Part shown: in pieces, positions 11,101 through 22,403 of the stretch
Numbering within the stretch: the stretch's first letter is position 1
How the letters are laid out: every line of letters starts with the position of its first letter
Assembly: GCA_002269645.1 (NCBI GenBank)
Contig: NIVC01000891.1
Coordinates: forward strand, 186,001-250,000
Direction of reading: 5' to 3'
DNA length: 64,000 bases
Source of the DNA: Macrostomum lignano
Lineage: Eukaryota
Program-made: the position numbers and the translations under genes
The notes under the pieces: generated by a model
What the model saw: only the letters and a program-made list of their open reading frames with translations
What the model was told of the DNA's origin: nothing
Databases searched by the model: none

Positions 11101-14100
11101 TTAATTGCAGAGTGGGTGGCGGCATCTTAATTGCAGAGTGGCGGCATCTTAATTGCAGAGTGGGTGGCGGCATCTTAATTGCAGAGTGGCGGCATCTTAA
11201 TTGCAGAGTGGGTGGCGGCATCTTAATTGCAGAGTGGGGTGGCGGCATCTTAATTGCAGAGTGGTTGGCGGCATCTTAATTGCAGAGTGGCGGCATCTTA
11301 ATTGCAGAGTGGGTGGCGGCATCTTAATTGCAGAGTGGGTGGCGGCATCTTAATTGCAGAGTGGGGTGGCGGCATCTTAATTGCAGAGTGGGTGGCGGCA
11401 TCTTAATTGCAGAGTGGGTGGCGGCATCTTAATTGCAGAGTGGGGTAGCAGCATCTTAATTGCAGAGTGGGGTGGCGGCATCTTAATTGCAGAGTGGGGT
11501 GGCGGCATCTTAATTGCAGAGTGGGGTGGCGGCATCTTAATTGCAAGTGGCGGCATCTTAATTGCAGAGTGGGGTGGCGGCATCTTAATTGCAGAGTGGG
11601 TGGCGGCATCTTAATTGCAGAGTGGGTGGCGGCATCTTAATTGCAGAGTGGGGTGGCGGCATCTTAATTGCAGAGTGGGTGGCGGCATCTTAATTGCAGA
11701 GTGGGGTGGCGGCATCTTAATTGCAGAGTGGGTGGCGGCATCTTAATTGCAGAGTGGGGTGGCGGCATCTTAATTGCAAGTGGCGGCATCTTAATTGCAG
11801 AGTGGGGTGGCGGCATCTTAATTGCAGAGTGGGGTGGCGGCATCTTAATTGCAGAGTGGGGTGGCGGCATCTTAATTGCAGAGTGGGTGGCGGCATCTTA
11901 ATTGCAGAGTGGGGTGGCGGCATCTTAATTGCAAGTGGCGGCATCTTAATTGCAGAGTGGGGTGGCGGCATCTTAATTGCAGAGTGGGTGGCGGCATCTT
12001 AATTGCAGAGTGGGTGGCGGCATCTTAATTGCAGAGTGGGGTGGCGGCATCTTAATTGCAGAGTGGCGGCATCTTAATTGCAGAGTGGGTGGCGGCATCT
12101 TAATTGCAGAGTGGGGTGGCGGCATCTTAATTGCAGAGTGGGTGGCGGCATCTTAATTGCAGAGTGGGTGGCGGCATCTTAATTGCAGAGTGGGTGGCGG
12201 CATCTTAATTGCAGAGTGGGGTGGCGGCATCTTAATTGCAGAGTGGGGTGGCGGCATCTTAATTGCAGAGTGGGGTGGCGGCATCTTAATTGCAGAGTGG
12301 GTGGCGGCATCTTAATTGCAAGTGGCGGCATCTTAATTGCAGAGTGGGGTGGCGGCATCTTAATTGCAGAGTGGGTGGCGGCATCTTAATTGCAGAGTGG
12401 CGGCATCTTAATTGCAGAGTGGGGTGGCGGCATCTTAATTGCAGAGTGGGTGGCGGCATCTTAATTGCAGAGTGGCGGCATCTTAATTGCAGAGTGGGGT
12501 GGCGGCATCTTAATTGCAGAGTGGGTGGCGGCATCTTAATTGCAGAGTGGGGTGGCGGCATCTTAATTGCAGAGTGGGTGGCGGCATCTTAATTGCAGAG
12601 TGGGTGGCGGCATCTTAATTGCAGAGTGGGGTGGCGGCATCTTAATTGCAGAGTGGGTGGCGGCATCTTAATTGCAGAGTGGGGTGGCGGCATCTTAATT
12701 GCAGAGTGGGTGGCGGCATCTTAATTGCAGAGTGGGTGGCGGCATTTTAATTGCAGAGTGGGGTAGCAGCATCTTAATTGCAGAGTGGGGTGGCGGCATC
12801 TTAATTGCAGAGTGGGGTGGCGGCATCTTAATTGCAGAGTGGGGTGGCGGCATCTTAATTGCAAGTGGCGGCATCTTAATTGCAGAGTGGGGTGGCGGCA
12901 TCTTAATTGCAGAGTGGGGTGGCAGCCTCTTAATTGCAGAGTGGGGTGGCGGCATCTTAATTGCAGAGTGGGTGGCGGCATCTTAATTGCTGAGTGGGTG
13001 GCGGCATCTTAATTGCAGAGTGGGTGGCGGCATCTTAATTGCAGAGTGGCGGCATCTTAATTGCAGAGTGGGGTGGCGGCATCTTAATTGCAGAGTGGGT
13101 GGCGGCATCTTAATTGCAGAGTGGGGTGGCGGCATCTTAATTGCAGAGTGGCGGCATCTTAATTGCAGAGTGGGTGGCGGCATCTTAATTGCAGAGTGGG
13201 GTGGCGGCATCTTAATTGCAGAGTGGGTGGCGGCATCTTAATTGCAGAGTGGGTGGCGGCATCTTAATTGCAGAGTGGGTGGCGGCATCTTAATTGCAGA
13301 GTGGGGTGGCGGCATCTTAATTGCAGAGTGGGTGGCGGCATCTTAATTGCAGAGTGGGTGGCGGCATCTTAATTGCAGAGTGGGTGGCGGCATCTTAATT
13401 GCAGAGTGGGTGGCGGCATCTTAATTGCAGAGTGGCGGCATCTTAATTGCAGAGTGGGTGGCGGCATCTTAATTGCAGAGTGGCGGCATCTTAATTGCAG
13501 AGTGGGTGGCGGCATCTTAATTGCAGAGTGGGGTGGCGGCATCTTAATTGCTGAGTGGGGTGGCGGCATCTTAATTGCAGAGTGGGTGGCGGGTCAGAGA
13601 GTTAAATAAACCAGTTTGCCGGTACAAACCGCGGACAAATCCTTAGTGATTGTGTCCAGGTGAAGCGGATCGAATTCGCAGTACAGGCGAGTCATTCGCT
13701 CTTCTTTGTTGGCCCCGCCGCCTTCGAGCGCTCGATAGCTGGTCGCCATCGGCGGGTTGAAATCCTGCAAAGTACAACGGGTAAAGGTGCATGCATATTT
13801 ATTAAGGCTTTGCCAGGTGTTAGTAAAGGCCAGCTAATTATCCCACCTTGACAGGTCCAAGCCGGTCCATCAGCTTCCCAAACTCAGCGGGATCCAGGTA
13901 GTCATCGTCTTCGGAGTCCACGGTGCGGAACAGGCGGAAGAAGGACTCGCCGATGTAGCCAATCACCGCTTCCGAGCTCATCGGCATGCTGACCGGCTTG
14001 CGGCCGGCCAGATCGTCCGAGGGCACATCCAGGCCTTTGCTGGAATGTTGGGATTGACTGAGCTGCGCAACTCCACTTAACACCTGCACTATATTGGAGA

Positions 14101-15069
14101 TGCCGAAGACCTGATTAGACAAGCCAAAAGTTGATTGCACACCTTAAATACCTGTTTGAAACCCTCGAAAAACCTATGAAACACCCACAGAACCAAATCG
14201 GACACCCATAAAAACCCGATCAGACACCCATAAACCCGATCGGACACCCATAAACCCCGATAGGACACCCATAAACCCCGATCGGACACCCATAAACCCC
14301 GATTGGACACCCATAAACCCCGATTGGACACCCATAAACCCCGATTGGACACCCATAAACCCCGATCGGACACCCATAAACCCCGATTGGAGACCCATAA
14401 ACCCCGATTGGACACCCATAAACCCCGATTGGACACCCATAAACTCCGATCGGACACCCATAAACCAGATTGGACACCCATAAACTCCGATCGGACACCC
14501 ATAAACCAGATTGGACACCCATAAAACCCGATTGGACACCCATAAACCCCGATTGGACACCCATAAACCCCGATTGGACACCTTTAAAACCCGATTGGAC
14601 ACCCATAAACCCCGATTGGACACCTATAAAACCCGATTGGACACCCATAAACCCCGATTGGACACCCATAAACTCCGATCGGACACCCATAAAACCCGAT
14701 TGGACACCCATAAACCCCGATTGGACACCCATAAAACCCGACTGGACACACTCTGCTCAAGTAAAAAACTTGACGATTTAGCTTGGCACTGGTTAGTACG
14801 AACCGGTTAAGCACCATCTCTAAATTCGGGTCGCCAACACCCAGCCGTTCCGCGATCCCAAATCCCAGCACCAGTCGTTTGAAATTAACGTAGGCCTTGG
14901 CCTGCAGCGCCGGTCGCTGGTAGAGAGACGCCAACGCCAGCGCAGTGAAGAGAACGGCCACAGCCGAGGTGATGTACAGAGTTCGGGGCTTGAATCTGAA
15001 CACCAGGTGCCGACGGTTAAGCGACACCGACGACAACGACAGAGGAGGCCCGGCGTCAACCGACGCCAT
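8052..15069 (-). CDS. SELENON: Selenoprotein N (ER membrane thioredoxin-fold selenoprotein), 6 coding exons, 621 aa, Sec at codon 503
   Basis: Exons 15069-14804, 14039-13847, 13764-13630, 10444-9775, 8864-8336 and 8124-8052 all have GT/AG ends, compatible phases and total 1866 nt. Motifs: N-terminal hydrophobic anchor; EF-hand-like [13 protein letters not shown]; [21 protein letters not shown]; NLNVDMEW; EVDIGY; [20 protein letters not shown]; [26 protein letters not shown]; YSFPV; [10 protein letters not shown]. All match vertebrate SelN. Confidence 0.95.
8336..8864 (-). CDS. SELENON: SelN exon 5, containing the Sec UGA (8622-8620)
   Basis: CCGCAG acceptor and GTGAGT donor. The ORF track splits this exon into 8620..8838 and 8332..8547 because of the UGA; homology continues in frame across it ([16 protein letters not shown]). 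Confidence 0.93.
8574..8614 (-). promoter_or_regulatory. Sec redefinition element (SRE)-like hairpin immediately 3' of the UGA
   Basis: RNA UGA-GGCUC-CGGCCGGGUUCUCC-[GCAAGACCGCGCU]-GGAGAACCCGGCCG forms a perfect 14-bp Watson-Crick stem starting 5-6 nt after the UGA, the position of the vertebrate SELENON SRE. Confidence 0.8.
8885..9680. repeat. CT-rich ~44-bp minisatellite in SelN intron 4
   Basis: CCCCCGATCCTCTCTCTTTCCGCCCCCGGTCTTTTCTTCTTCCA repeated, degrading to ~22-bp units. Confidence 0.9.
9775..10444 (-). CDS. SELENON: SelN exon 4
   Basis: CCCAG acceptor and GTATGC donor; [15 protein letters not shown]...FRLHGEFQL...DMEW...EVDIGY. Confidence 0.9.
10512..13590. repeat. 23/26/27-bp minisatellite (GGGTGGCGGCATCTTAATTGCAGAGT(G)), ~3.1 kb, SelN intron 3
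   Basis: More than 100 tandem copies. The many [16 protein letters not shown] ORFs here are artefacts. Confidence 0.97.
13630..13764 (-). CDS. SELENON: SelN exon 3
   Basis: TTGCAG acceptor, GTTTGT donor, 135 nt, phase 0-0. [15 protein letters not shown] resembles vertebrate IEARFQPLLPETMTK. Not present in the ORF track. Confidence 0.8.
13847..14039 (-). CDS. SELENON: SelN exon 2 (EF-hand-like segment)
   Basis: TTCCAG acceptor, GTGGGA donor; [28 protein letters not shown]. Confidence 0.82.
14190..14750. repeat. 21-bp minisatellite (GGACACCCATAAACCCCGATT), SelN intron 1
   Basis: About 26 tandem copies. Confidence 0.95.
14804..15069 (-). CDS. SELENON: SelN exon 1 (start codon and membrane anchor)
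   Basis: ATG at 15069-15067; hydrophobic [28 protein letters not shown] donor gives phase 2, matching exon 2; this donor choice is inferred. Confidence 0.75.
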
Positions 15070-15641
15070 TGTCTTCTTTGATACAAATTAGTTGAAGCAA
15101 TGAGTGGGCTTGTGCGTGTTTAGTGCACTTCACTGAAACGGGAAACATGTTTATTGGAAATGTTTTAAATAAAGAAGTAAACACAGAACAAAGACCTAAG
15201 CAAAGATTCCAAGAGCCAGTAGGAAAATATTATTGATAATAGGATTATTAGCTAGTTTTTTTATTAAAAAGCCACAAGCACGTCAAACTACGGTAGGCTT
15301 AGGTTTCGCGGTCGCAACTTGTACTTTCGTGTTTGTGCACCATCAGACGAATAGTCTCATTATTGCTTCACAGTCCAACAGAGCTATGTACAGAGTTCTA
15401 AAAATAGATCCTGGACCAAGGGTAGCTAAAACGCTTAACTTTCTATTAATGTACACAGTCAGGGAGAGAGGACAACGATAGGCGGAAAACCAAATGTACA
15501 TTGGCTAGAATATCTCTTACCCCGCCCCACACCCCTCAGACCTGTACATTCTTTCTAACAATAAAATTAGAGTGGGCCAGCGAGAGGGGCCATAAAAGCT
15601 TAAAAAAGATTCAGGCGCGCATCAAATCAAGCCAGCCAGCC
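15070..15641. promoter_or_regulatory. Probable bidirectional promoter and 5' UTR interval between SelN and the BOK-like gene
   Basis: Only 572 bp of repeat-free, AT-richer DNA separates the divergent ATGs. No specific motif was identified. Confidence 0.45.
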
Positions 15642-16277
15642 ATGCAGAACCCACCCAACCCCAGCATACGCATCGACGGACCAGCAGCGGGCGAAGACGA
15701 GAACAACAATGAGATTGTCTCGGCATTCGCCGCCGCGGCCTCTCCAGTCTGGCGGCAGGAGGCGCGCAGCCTCTGTCGCGAGTACATCGGCCATCGACTG
15801 TACCGCGCCGGCTGCATGACCCCCAGCCTGCTGTACAGCCTGCCGCCAAATGCTGGCTCCCAGACTAGCCAGCGCCTGCGGCGTCTCTGCCACAGACTGG
15901 AGCTGCTGCACCCAGCTGTGTTCGCTCAACCGCTGACTGGCCAGCTGGGCCTCACCCTGCTGCCTACCAACGGCGTCACCGACGCTGTCGCTATGGCAAC
16001 GATTCGCCGAGCGTATCGCAAGTTTGCCAGACGCCTGTTGAGCATGCCGCCAGACTGTGACTGGGACTGGGGCAGGCCGGTGGCGCTGTTCTGCATGGCT
16101 GGAGCATTCGCTGTGGATTATGCGAGTGCAAGGATGCAGCTCAGGCTGCTGGGAGGCCGCTCCTGCGAGCAGGCTATTGAATCTCTGGCCGAGTGCCTGT
16201 CCGAGTGCCTGGCAGAGTGCGCAGTAGAGTGCTCGGAGCTGTTTGACTGGCTGACCGAACGAGGCGGTTGGGTCTTT
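15642..16277 (+). CDS. BOK: Bcl-2 family protein, BOK-like (main exon, BH4-BH3-BH1-BH2)
   Basis: GCCATG start. BH4 EARSLCREYIGHRLYRAG (BOK QAKALGREYVHARLLRAG), BH3-like RLRRLCHRLELLHPAVF, BH1 WDWGRPVALFCMAGAFAVD, BH2 WLTERGGW. The donor is probably at 16278 (GTGAGA) or 16272; if unspliced the ORF stops at 16292. Orthology to BOK rests on motif resemblance. Confidence 0.8.
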
Positions 16278-16315
16278 GTGAGAACTGGATGACGTTTGTG
16301 TTGGAACTCATTGTT

Positions 16316-17088
16316 CGTGTGGAGTGGCCCATGAAGCATCAGGGAGGGTAGCAAGCAATGGACCACTGAAGCATCAGGGAGAGTAGCAAGCAATGGGCCA
16401 CTGAAGCATCAGGGAGAGTAGCAAGCAATGGGCCACTGAAGCATCAGGGAGAGTAGCAAGCAACGGACCACTGAAGCATCAGGGAGGGTAGCAAGCAATG
16501 GACCACTGAAGCATCAGGGAGAGTAGCAAGCAATGGACCACTGAAGCATCAGGGAGAGTAGCAAGCAATGGACCACTGAAGCATCAGGGAGAGTAGCAAG
16601 CAATGGACCACTGAAGCATCAGGGAGAGTAGCAAGCAATGGACCACTGAAGCATCAGGGAGGGTAGCAAGCAATGGACCACTGAAGCATCAGGGAGAGTA
16701 GCGAGCAAAGGACCACTGAAGCATCAGGGAGAGTAGCAAGCAATGGACCACTGAAGCATAAGGGAGGGTAGCAAGCAATGGGCCACTGAAGCATCAGAAA
16801 GGGTAGAAAGCAGTGGACCACTGAAGCATCAGGGAGAGTAGCGAGCAATGGACCACTGAAGCATCAGGGAGAGTAGCGAGCAAAGGACCACTGAAGCATC
16901 AGGGAGAGTAGCAAGCAATGGACCACTGAAGCATAAGGGAGGGTAGCAAGCAATGGGCCACTGAAGCATCAGAAAGGGTAGAAAGCAGTGGACCACTGAA
17001 GCATCAGGGAGGGTAGCAAGCAATGGGCCACTGAAGCATCAGAAAGGGTAGAAAGCAGTGGACCACTGAAGCATCAGGGAGGGTAGCA
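16316..17088. repeat. 35-bp minisatellite (GGACCACTGAAGCATCAGGGAGAGTAGCAAGCAAT), followed by five 15-bp AAAATCACTGCCGAC-type units to ~17166
   Basis: About 22 tandem copies with internal re-duplications. Confidence 0.95.
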
Positions 17089-17194
17089 ATCACTGCCGAC
17101 AAAATCACTGCCGACAAAATCACTGCCGACAAAATCACTGCCGACAAAATCACTACCGACAAAATACCTAACGAGTTAACCTCGCATCTTTCAG

Positions 17195-17317
17195 CCCGAC
17201 CCGGAGACCTCAGCGTTTGCAAACAGAAGCGGCCAACACGATGGCGCAACTGTTTGGCAGAAAATACTCGCCCGTTGCGTGCAATACTACTATCGGCTGC
17301 TTGGGCGCTGTGCGTGA
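17195..17317 (+). CDS. Candidate terminal exon of the BOK-like gene (PDPETSAFANRSGQHDGATVWQKILARCVQYYYRLLGRCA*)
   Basis: CATCTTTCAG acceptor; phase 0 fits a donor after BH2, where Bcl-2 genes commonly have an intron; AATAAA at 17395-17400. No homology support. Confidence 0.45.
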   Translation, partial: PDPETSAFANRSGQHDGATVWQKILARCVQYYYRLLGRCA

Positions 17318-17869
17318 TATTGTGCCAAAAAACATACTGAATGTCGAACTGCTTTTCCTGACTACTTTTGTGAATTTTAAACCTTCATGCACTAAATAAA
17401 TTAACGAAAGCATAACTTTCTGTTCCTCGTAAACAAATAAGCCGATGGTGCAATTTATTAATAATTGGAATAGGAGTAAAGCTGAGTGCAACAAAGTTGA
17501 GAAATGGGTCCTACAGAAGCATATTGGAACGCATGAAAAGCCATTCCACATCGTAATGTGTGAAACAGAATAACATAGTGGTAATGAGCAATGCAAGGGA
17601 TATGCATGACGACAGTATTAATTGGAGATAAATATTTTTACACGTGTCTGTACACCTAACATGCGGTACTACGAGCAAAAACCGGATTCGCAACTAAAAC
17701 TTCATGATTCGGTGGCAGCCAGATCTTTGTTTTCATCAAAAATAGAATTCAGTTCAGACAATTTCGACTAGATACAGGCCGAAATGCCAGTAATGGTTGG
17801 TTATAAGCATTTTTGACTTAAGCTTTTCAAAGTTTGGTTTCATCCAGCTTTCTAAACCTAATGAATATA

Positions 17870-18861
17870 ATGTACACACGCCTATCCACAGCCCTCTAAC
17901 CCCAATGTACACACGCCTATCCGCAGCCCTCTAACCCCAATGTACACACGCCTATCTGCAGCCCTCTAACCTCAATGTACACACGCCTATCCGCAGCCCT
18001 CTAACCCCAATGTACACACGCCTATCCGCAGCCCTCTAACCCCAATGTACACACGCCTATCCGCAGATCTCTAACCCCAATGTACACACGCCTATCCGCA
18101 GCCCTCTAACCCCAATGTACACAGGTCTATCCACAGCCCTCTAACCCCAATGTACACACGCCTATCCGCAGCCCTCTAACCCCAATGTACACACGCCTAT
18201 CCGCAGATCTCTAACCCCAATGTACACACGCCTATCCGCAGCCCTCTAACCCCAATGTACACAGGTCTATCCACAGCCCTCTAACCCCAATGTACACACG
18301 CCTATCCGCAGCCCTCTAACCCCAATGTACACACGCCTATCCGCAGCCCTCTAACCCCAATGTACACACGCCTATCCGCAGATCTCTAACCCCAATGTAC
18401 ACACGCCTATCCGCAGCCCTCTAACCCCAATGTACACAGGTCTATCCACAGCCCTCTAACCCCAATGTACACACGCCTATCTGCAGCCTTCTAACCCCAA
18501 TGTACACACGCCTATCCACAGCCCTCTAACCCCAATGTACACACGCCTATCTGCAGCCTTCTAACCCCAATGTACACACGCCTATCCGCAGATCTCTAAC
18601 CCCAATGTACACACGCCTATCCGCAGATCTCTAACCCCAATGTACACACGCCTATCCACAGCCCTCTAACCCCAATGTACACACGCCTATCTGCAGCCTT
18701 CTAACCCCAATGTACACACGCCTATCTGCAGCCTTCTAACCCCAATGTACACACGCCTATCCGCAGATCTCTAACCCCAATGTACACACGCCTATCCGCA
18801 GATCCCTAACCCCAATGTACACACGCCTATCCGCAGATCTCTAACCCCAATGTACACACGC
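17870..18861. repeat. 35-bp minisatellite (AATGTACACACGCCTATCCGCAGCCCTCTAACCCC) between the convergent BOK-like and AAGAB genes
   Basis: About 28 tandem copies. Confidence 0.95.
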
Positions 18862-19013
18862 AAGAAACAAAAAGATAGTTGAAGCACTATCCAATATAAA
18901 TCTGCTGTAGATCAACTGGATCCTAAAAATGACAAACTGAATTGATTAAATAGTTATCATGATATGCCATCCCGAATAATAATATTTAATCAGCTCGAAT
19001 TTCAGCTCCCGAG

Positions 19014-20153
19014 TCAATCGTCTTCATCCGAGTCCTCAAGCCCGTCCAGCTCGCCCTCCGGCATGCCCAGCTCGCGCCAGAGTCCGGCGATGACGTTGGC
19101 CGCCAGCTCGCGCCTCTCGGCGCTGTGCACCGGCAGCTGGTCCGCCTGCGCCTTGGCGCGCATCACCCGAGTGAACAGCGACTCCAGCCGGCGCCCGTCC
19201 TCATCGTCGTCGTAGACCCGATCGAGCAGCGCTTCGTCAACGATTGCCGCCGAGGCCGAGTTGGGTGCCGATTCGCTGATTGCGGAGGCCACAGCAGCTG
19301 CTGCAGCTTCCGGTTCAACAATTGCATCTTCATCTTTGTCGAGATTTGCCTCAGCCGAAGCTTCCGCATCAGCTTCCGGCTCGCCACTGTTGGCTGTGTC
19401 GGCGGCGGCGGCGGCTTGCTCAGCCAGCAGCTGTTCACGAATCCGGCGCATGGACTCGGACTCCTGGCGCTCGCTGTCCGGCCGCATGACCAGATTCGGC
19501 CACGGGTGCGAGTGCAGCGCCTGCCGCATGCGCTCCAGGCCGCAGCGGTCCTCGTCTTCATCTTCCCCGTCGGAGTCTCCAGCCTCCCCGACCCCGTTGC
19601 TCCTCTCGTCGGCCAGTTCGATCAGTTCGAACCCGTTGCTGACGCACCAGCCGACTGCTTCGTCCCGAGTCACCAAGCCGGCACTGTTGTTGCCATGGCA
19701 ACGGTTGCTGGACCGATCGGAGGTCACCAGGAAGCGCACCTCCGGCTCCAGGTGCTCCAGGTAGGCCAGCCACGATTTGGCTACGTCAAAGCAGCGCCGC
19801 TGGCCGGGGCAAAAGTACAAACCGACAGCTTCGACAGCGTCGGCCAACTGCTGGCTGCCGAGCAGCGGCTCCGGCACCTGCAGAATCTCCACCTCTGCCT
19901 CGTAGTACTTGTTGCTGAGGCGCCACGAGTACGCGCTGCACTGCCCAGCTGGCAGCCCGGTGTCGCAGCTCGGCGCTTCCAGAGCCGGCGGCGGCCCCGC
20001 CGGACTGCCGAGAAGGCCGCCAACGAGGCCCGGGTAGAGCGAGGCGGCCGGGTCGCTGCGGCCGGACTGGCAGCAGGCGGACAGCAGCAACACCGGCCTG
20101 GCCGATGCGGCGGCGGGGCTGTCGGCGTCGGCGGCGTCGAAGGCGTGCGACTG
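19014..20153 (-). CDS. AAGAB: Alpha- and gamma-adaptin-binding protein p34 (main exon)
   Basis: YSWRLSNKYYEAEV, WCVSNGFELIEL, GLERMRQALHSHPWPNLVM and LESLFTRVMRAKAQADQLP...ERRELAANVIAGLWRELG with an acidic tail match p34. The ORF has no ATG at its 5' end (in-frame stop at 20189-20187) but has a TTTGCAG acceptor ending at 20154. Confidence 0.9.
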   Translation of the reverse strand, partial: QSHAFDAADADSPAAASARPVLLLSACCQSGRSDPAASLYPGLVGGLLGSPAGPPPALEAPSCDTGLPAGQCSAYSWRLSNKYYEAEVEILQVPEPLLGSQQLADAVEAVGLYFCPGQRRCFDVAKSWLAYLEHLEPEVRFLVTSDRSSNRCHGNNSAGLVTRDEAVGWCVSNGFELIELADERSNGVGEAGDSDGEDEDEDRCGLERMRQALHSHPWPNLVMRPDSERQESESMRRIREQLLAEQAAAAADTANSGEPEADAEASAEANLDKDEDAIVEPEAAAAAVASAISESAPNSASAAIVDEALLDRVYDDDEDGRRLESLFTRVMRAKAQADQLPVHSAERRELAANVIAGLWRELGMPEGELDGLEDSDEDD

Positions 20154-20389
20154 CTGCAAAGTTTGCAGGAGTTCAAAATGCTCGACTCAACTTTCAACGC
20201 TTGAAGAAATTGATTTATTGCGTCTGTGCGACTGTCTATAATCGATCCGTATCAATTCCCAATCTCAGATCTCCGATTCCTTTAGCACTTGGTTTTGAAA
20301 ATATTAATCCCAGATACTAAATCCCCTGGTGCTTAATTCACAATATCCGAAAACCTGATCATTAATTAATCTCCCAATATTTTGAGACC

Positions 20390-21490
20390 CCTAATCTCCC
20401 ATACTCAGATCCCCAATCTCTCATTCTCAGATCCAAAATCTCCCAGTCTCAGATCCGAAATCACCTATTCTCAAATCTCTAATCAACATTTTCAGATTCT
20501 TAATCTCACAGTCTCAGATCTCTAATCCTCCATTCTCAGATCTGAAATCTCACAGTCTCAGATCTCTAATCCTCCATTCTCAGATCTGAAATCTCACAGT
20601 CTCAGATCTCTAATCCTCCATTCTCAGATCCGAAATCTCACAGTCTCAGATCTCTAATCCTCCATTCTCAGATCCGAAATCTCACAGTCTCAGATCTCTA
20701 ATCTCCCATTCTCAGATCCCAAATCCCACAGTCTCAGATCCCTAATCTCCCATTCTCAGATCAGAAATCTCCCATTCTCAGATCCGAAATCTCCCATTGT
20801 CAGATCCCCAATCTCACAGTCTCAGGTCCGAAATCTCCCATTCTCAAATCCGAAATCTCCCATTCTCAGATCCGAAATCTCCCATTGTCAGATCCGAAAT
20901 CTCCCATTCTCAAATCCCAAATCTCCCATTCTCAGATCCCAAATCCCACAGTCTCAGATCCCTAATCTCCCATTCTCAGATCAGAAATCTCCCATTCTCA
21001 GATCCGAAATCTCCCATTGTCAGATCCCCAATCTCACAGTCTCAGGTCCGAAATCTCCCATTCTCAGATCCGAAATCTCCCATTGTCAGATCCGAAATCT
21101 CCCATTCTCAAATCCCAAATCTCCCATTCTCAGATCCCAAATCCCACAGTCTCAGATCCCTAATCTCCCATTCTCAGATCAGAAATCTCCCATTCTCAGA
21201 TCCGAAATCTCCCATTGTCAGATCCCCAATCTCACAGTCTCAGGTCCGAAATCTCCCATTCTCAAATCCGAAATCTCCCATTGTCAGATCCGAAATCTCC
21301 CATTCTCAAATCCCAAATCTCCCATTCTCAGATCCGAAATCTCTCATTCTCAGACCCGAAATCTATTCTCAAATCTCAAATCTCCCATTCTTAGATCCGA
21401 AATCTCCCATTCTCAAATCCCAAATCTCCCATTCTCAGATCCGAAATCTCCCATTCTCAGATCCCTAATCTCCCATTCTCAGATCCCTGC
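20390..21490. repeat. ~21-22-bp minisatellite (TCTCAGATCCGAAATCTCCCAT) with higher-order repeats, in the putative AAGAB intron 1
   Basis: About 50 variant copies. Confidence 0.9.
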
Positions 21491-21707
21491 TCTCCCAGAG
21501 ATCCCAAAAGTCAGATCCCAGAAGCTTAGCTTGTACACATATTCCCTGCCATACTAAGATTCCAAAATCCAAATCCAACTACCATTATTCTACCCCTAAA
21601 TTTTAAGCCTTTAAAACTTTAAGCCTCGTAACTTTAATACGATCACAGCAAACAGCCTCAGAGAAATGTTTTCCCACAAAGCAAGACGCGAAAGCAAGAA
21701 GCCTCAC

Positions 21708-21722
21708 AACAGTGGAATCCAT
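21708..21722 (-). CDS. Candidate 15-nt first coding exon of AAGAB (MDSTV)
   Basis: ATG GAT TCC ACT GTT|GTGAGG is phase 0, matching the acceptor at 20153, and supplies the missing start codon. Inferred only. Confidence 0.4.
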
Positions 21723-22403
21723 GATAAGCTGTTTATTATAATCAAAATTTATTTCTATATATCCGTCAGAAATGGTGACGCAAAAACAGCACAGTTGTTA
21801 TTAATTTTCAGAATAATAAATTCTGTCATGTGTTTCATGTCCGAGCAATAAAAATAAGTATTAAGCTTAAGCTAAATTACAGACTTGGGCAAGTTAACAG
21901 AATAGAGAACAACAGCAAAACACACAAACGGTAAAAGCGAAGCGCAATGCCAGGTGTGGAATATTCCTTCATCTATTTAACACAGTGCTCAGTTTATGCT
22001 CAGTAAGAAGCTAAGAAAGCAACGATTAAGAGATCCTCAGTGTGAGCACAGAGTGCATAGTGTCCTCTAAATAACTCATAGCAAAGACAAGGAAAAGTAA
22101 GGGAAACACAGGATAATCAATAATATTTATGATTGTTGATTCTTGGGCTGCTTTTGATGCGGTGTGCCAGGTAAAATATTAGTAAAAGTTAAATAAACTG
22201 TCTTGTGCAGCAAGTGGCCCTTCGAACTGACTCGAAAAATGGTTTTTGCGAAATAAATGAAATTTTGTGGGCCGATTGACAAATTCTCACTGCACTAGCA
22301 GAGCAACAGCAATAATTTATACTACTCATGAGTAGCTATAGTATTAGAAATGTGCAGCCGCGTCCGCTTGTTAAACAGTCCTTTGTTTGCTTGGCTTTCT
22401 TGC

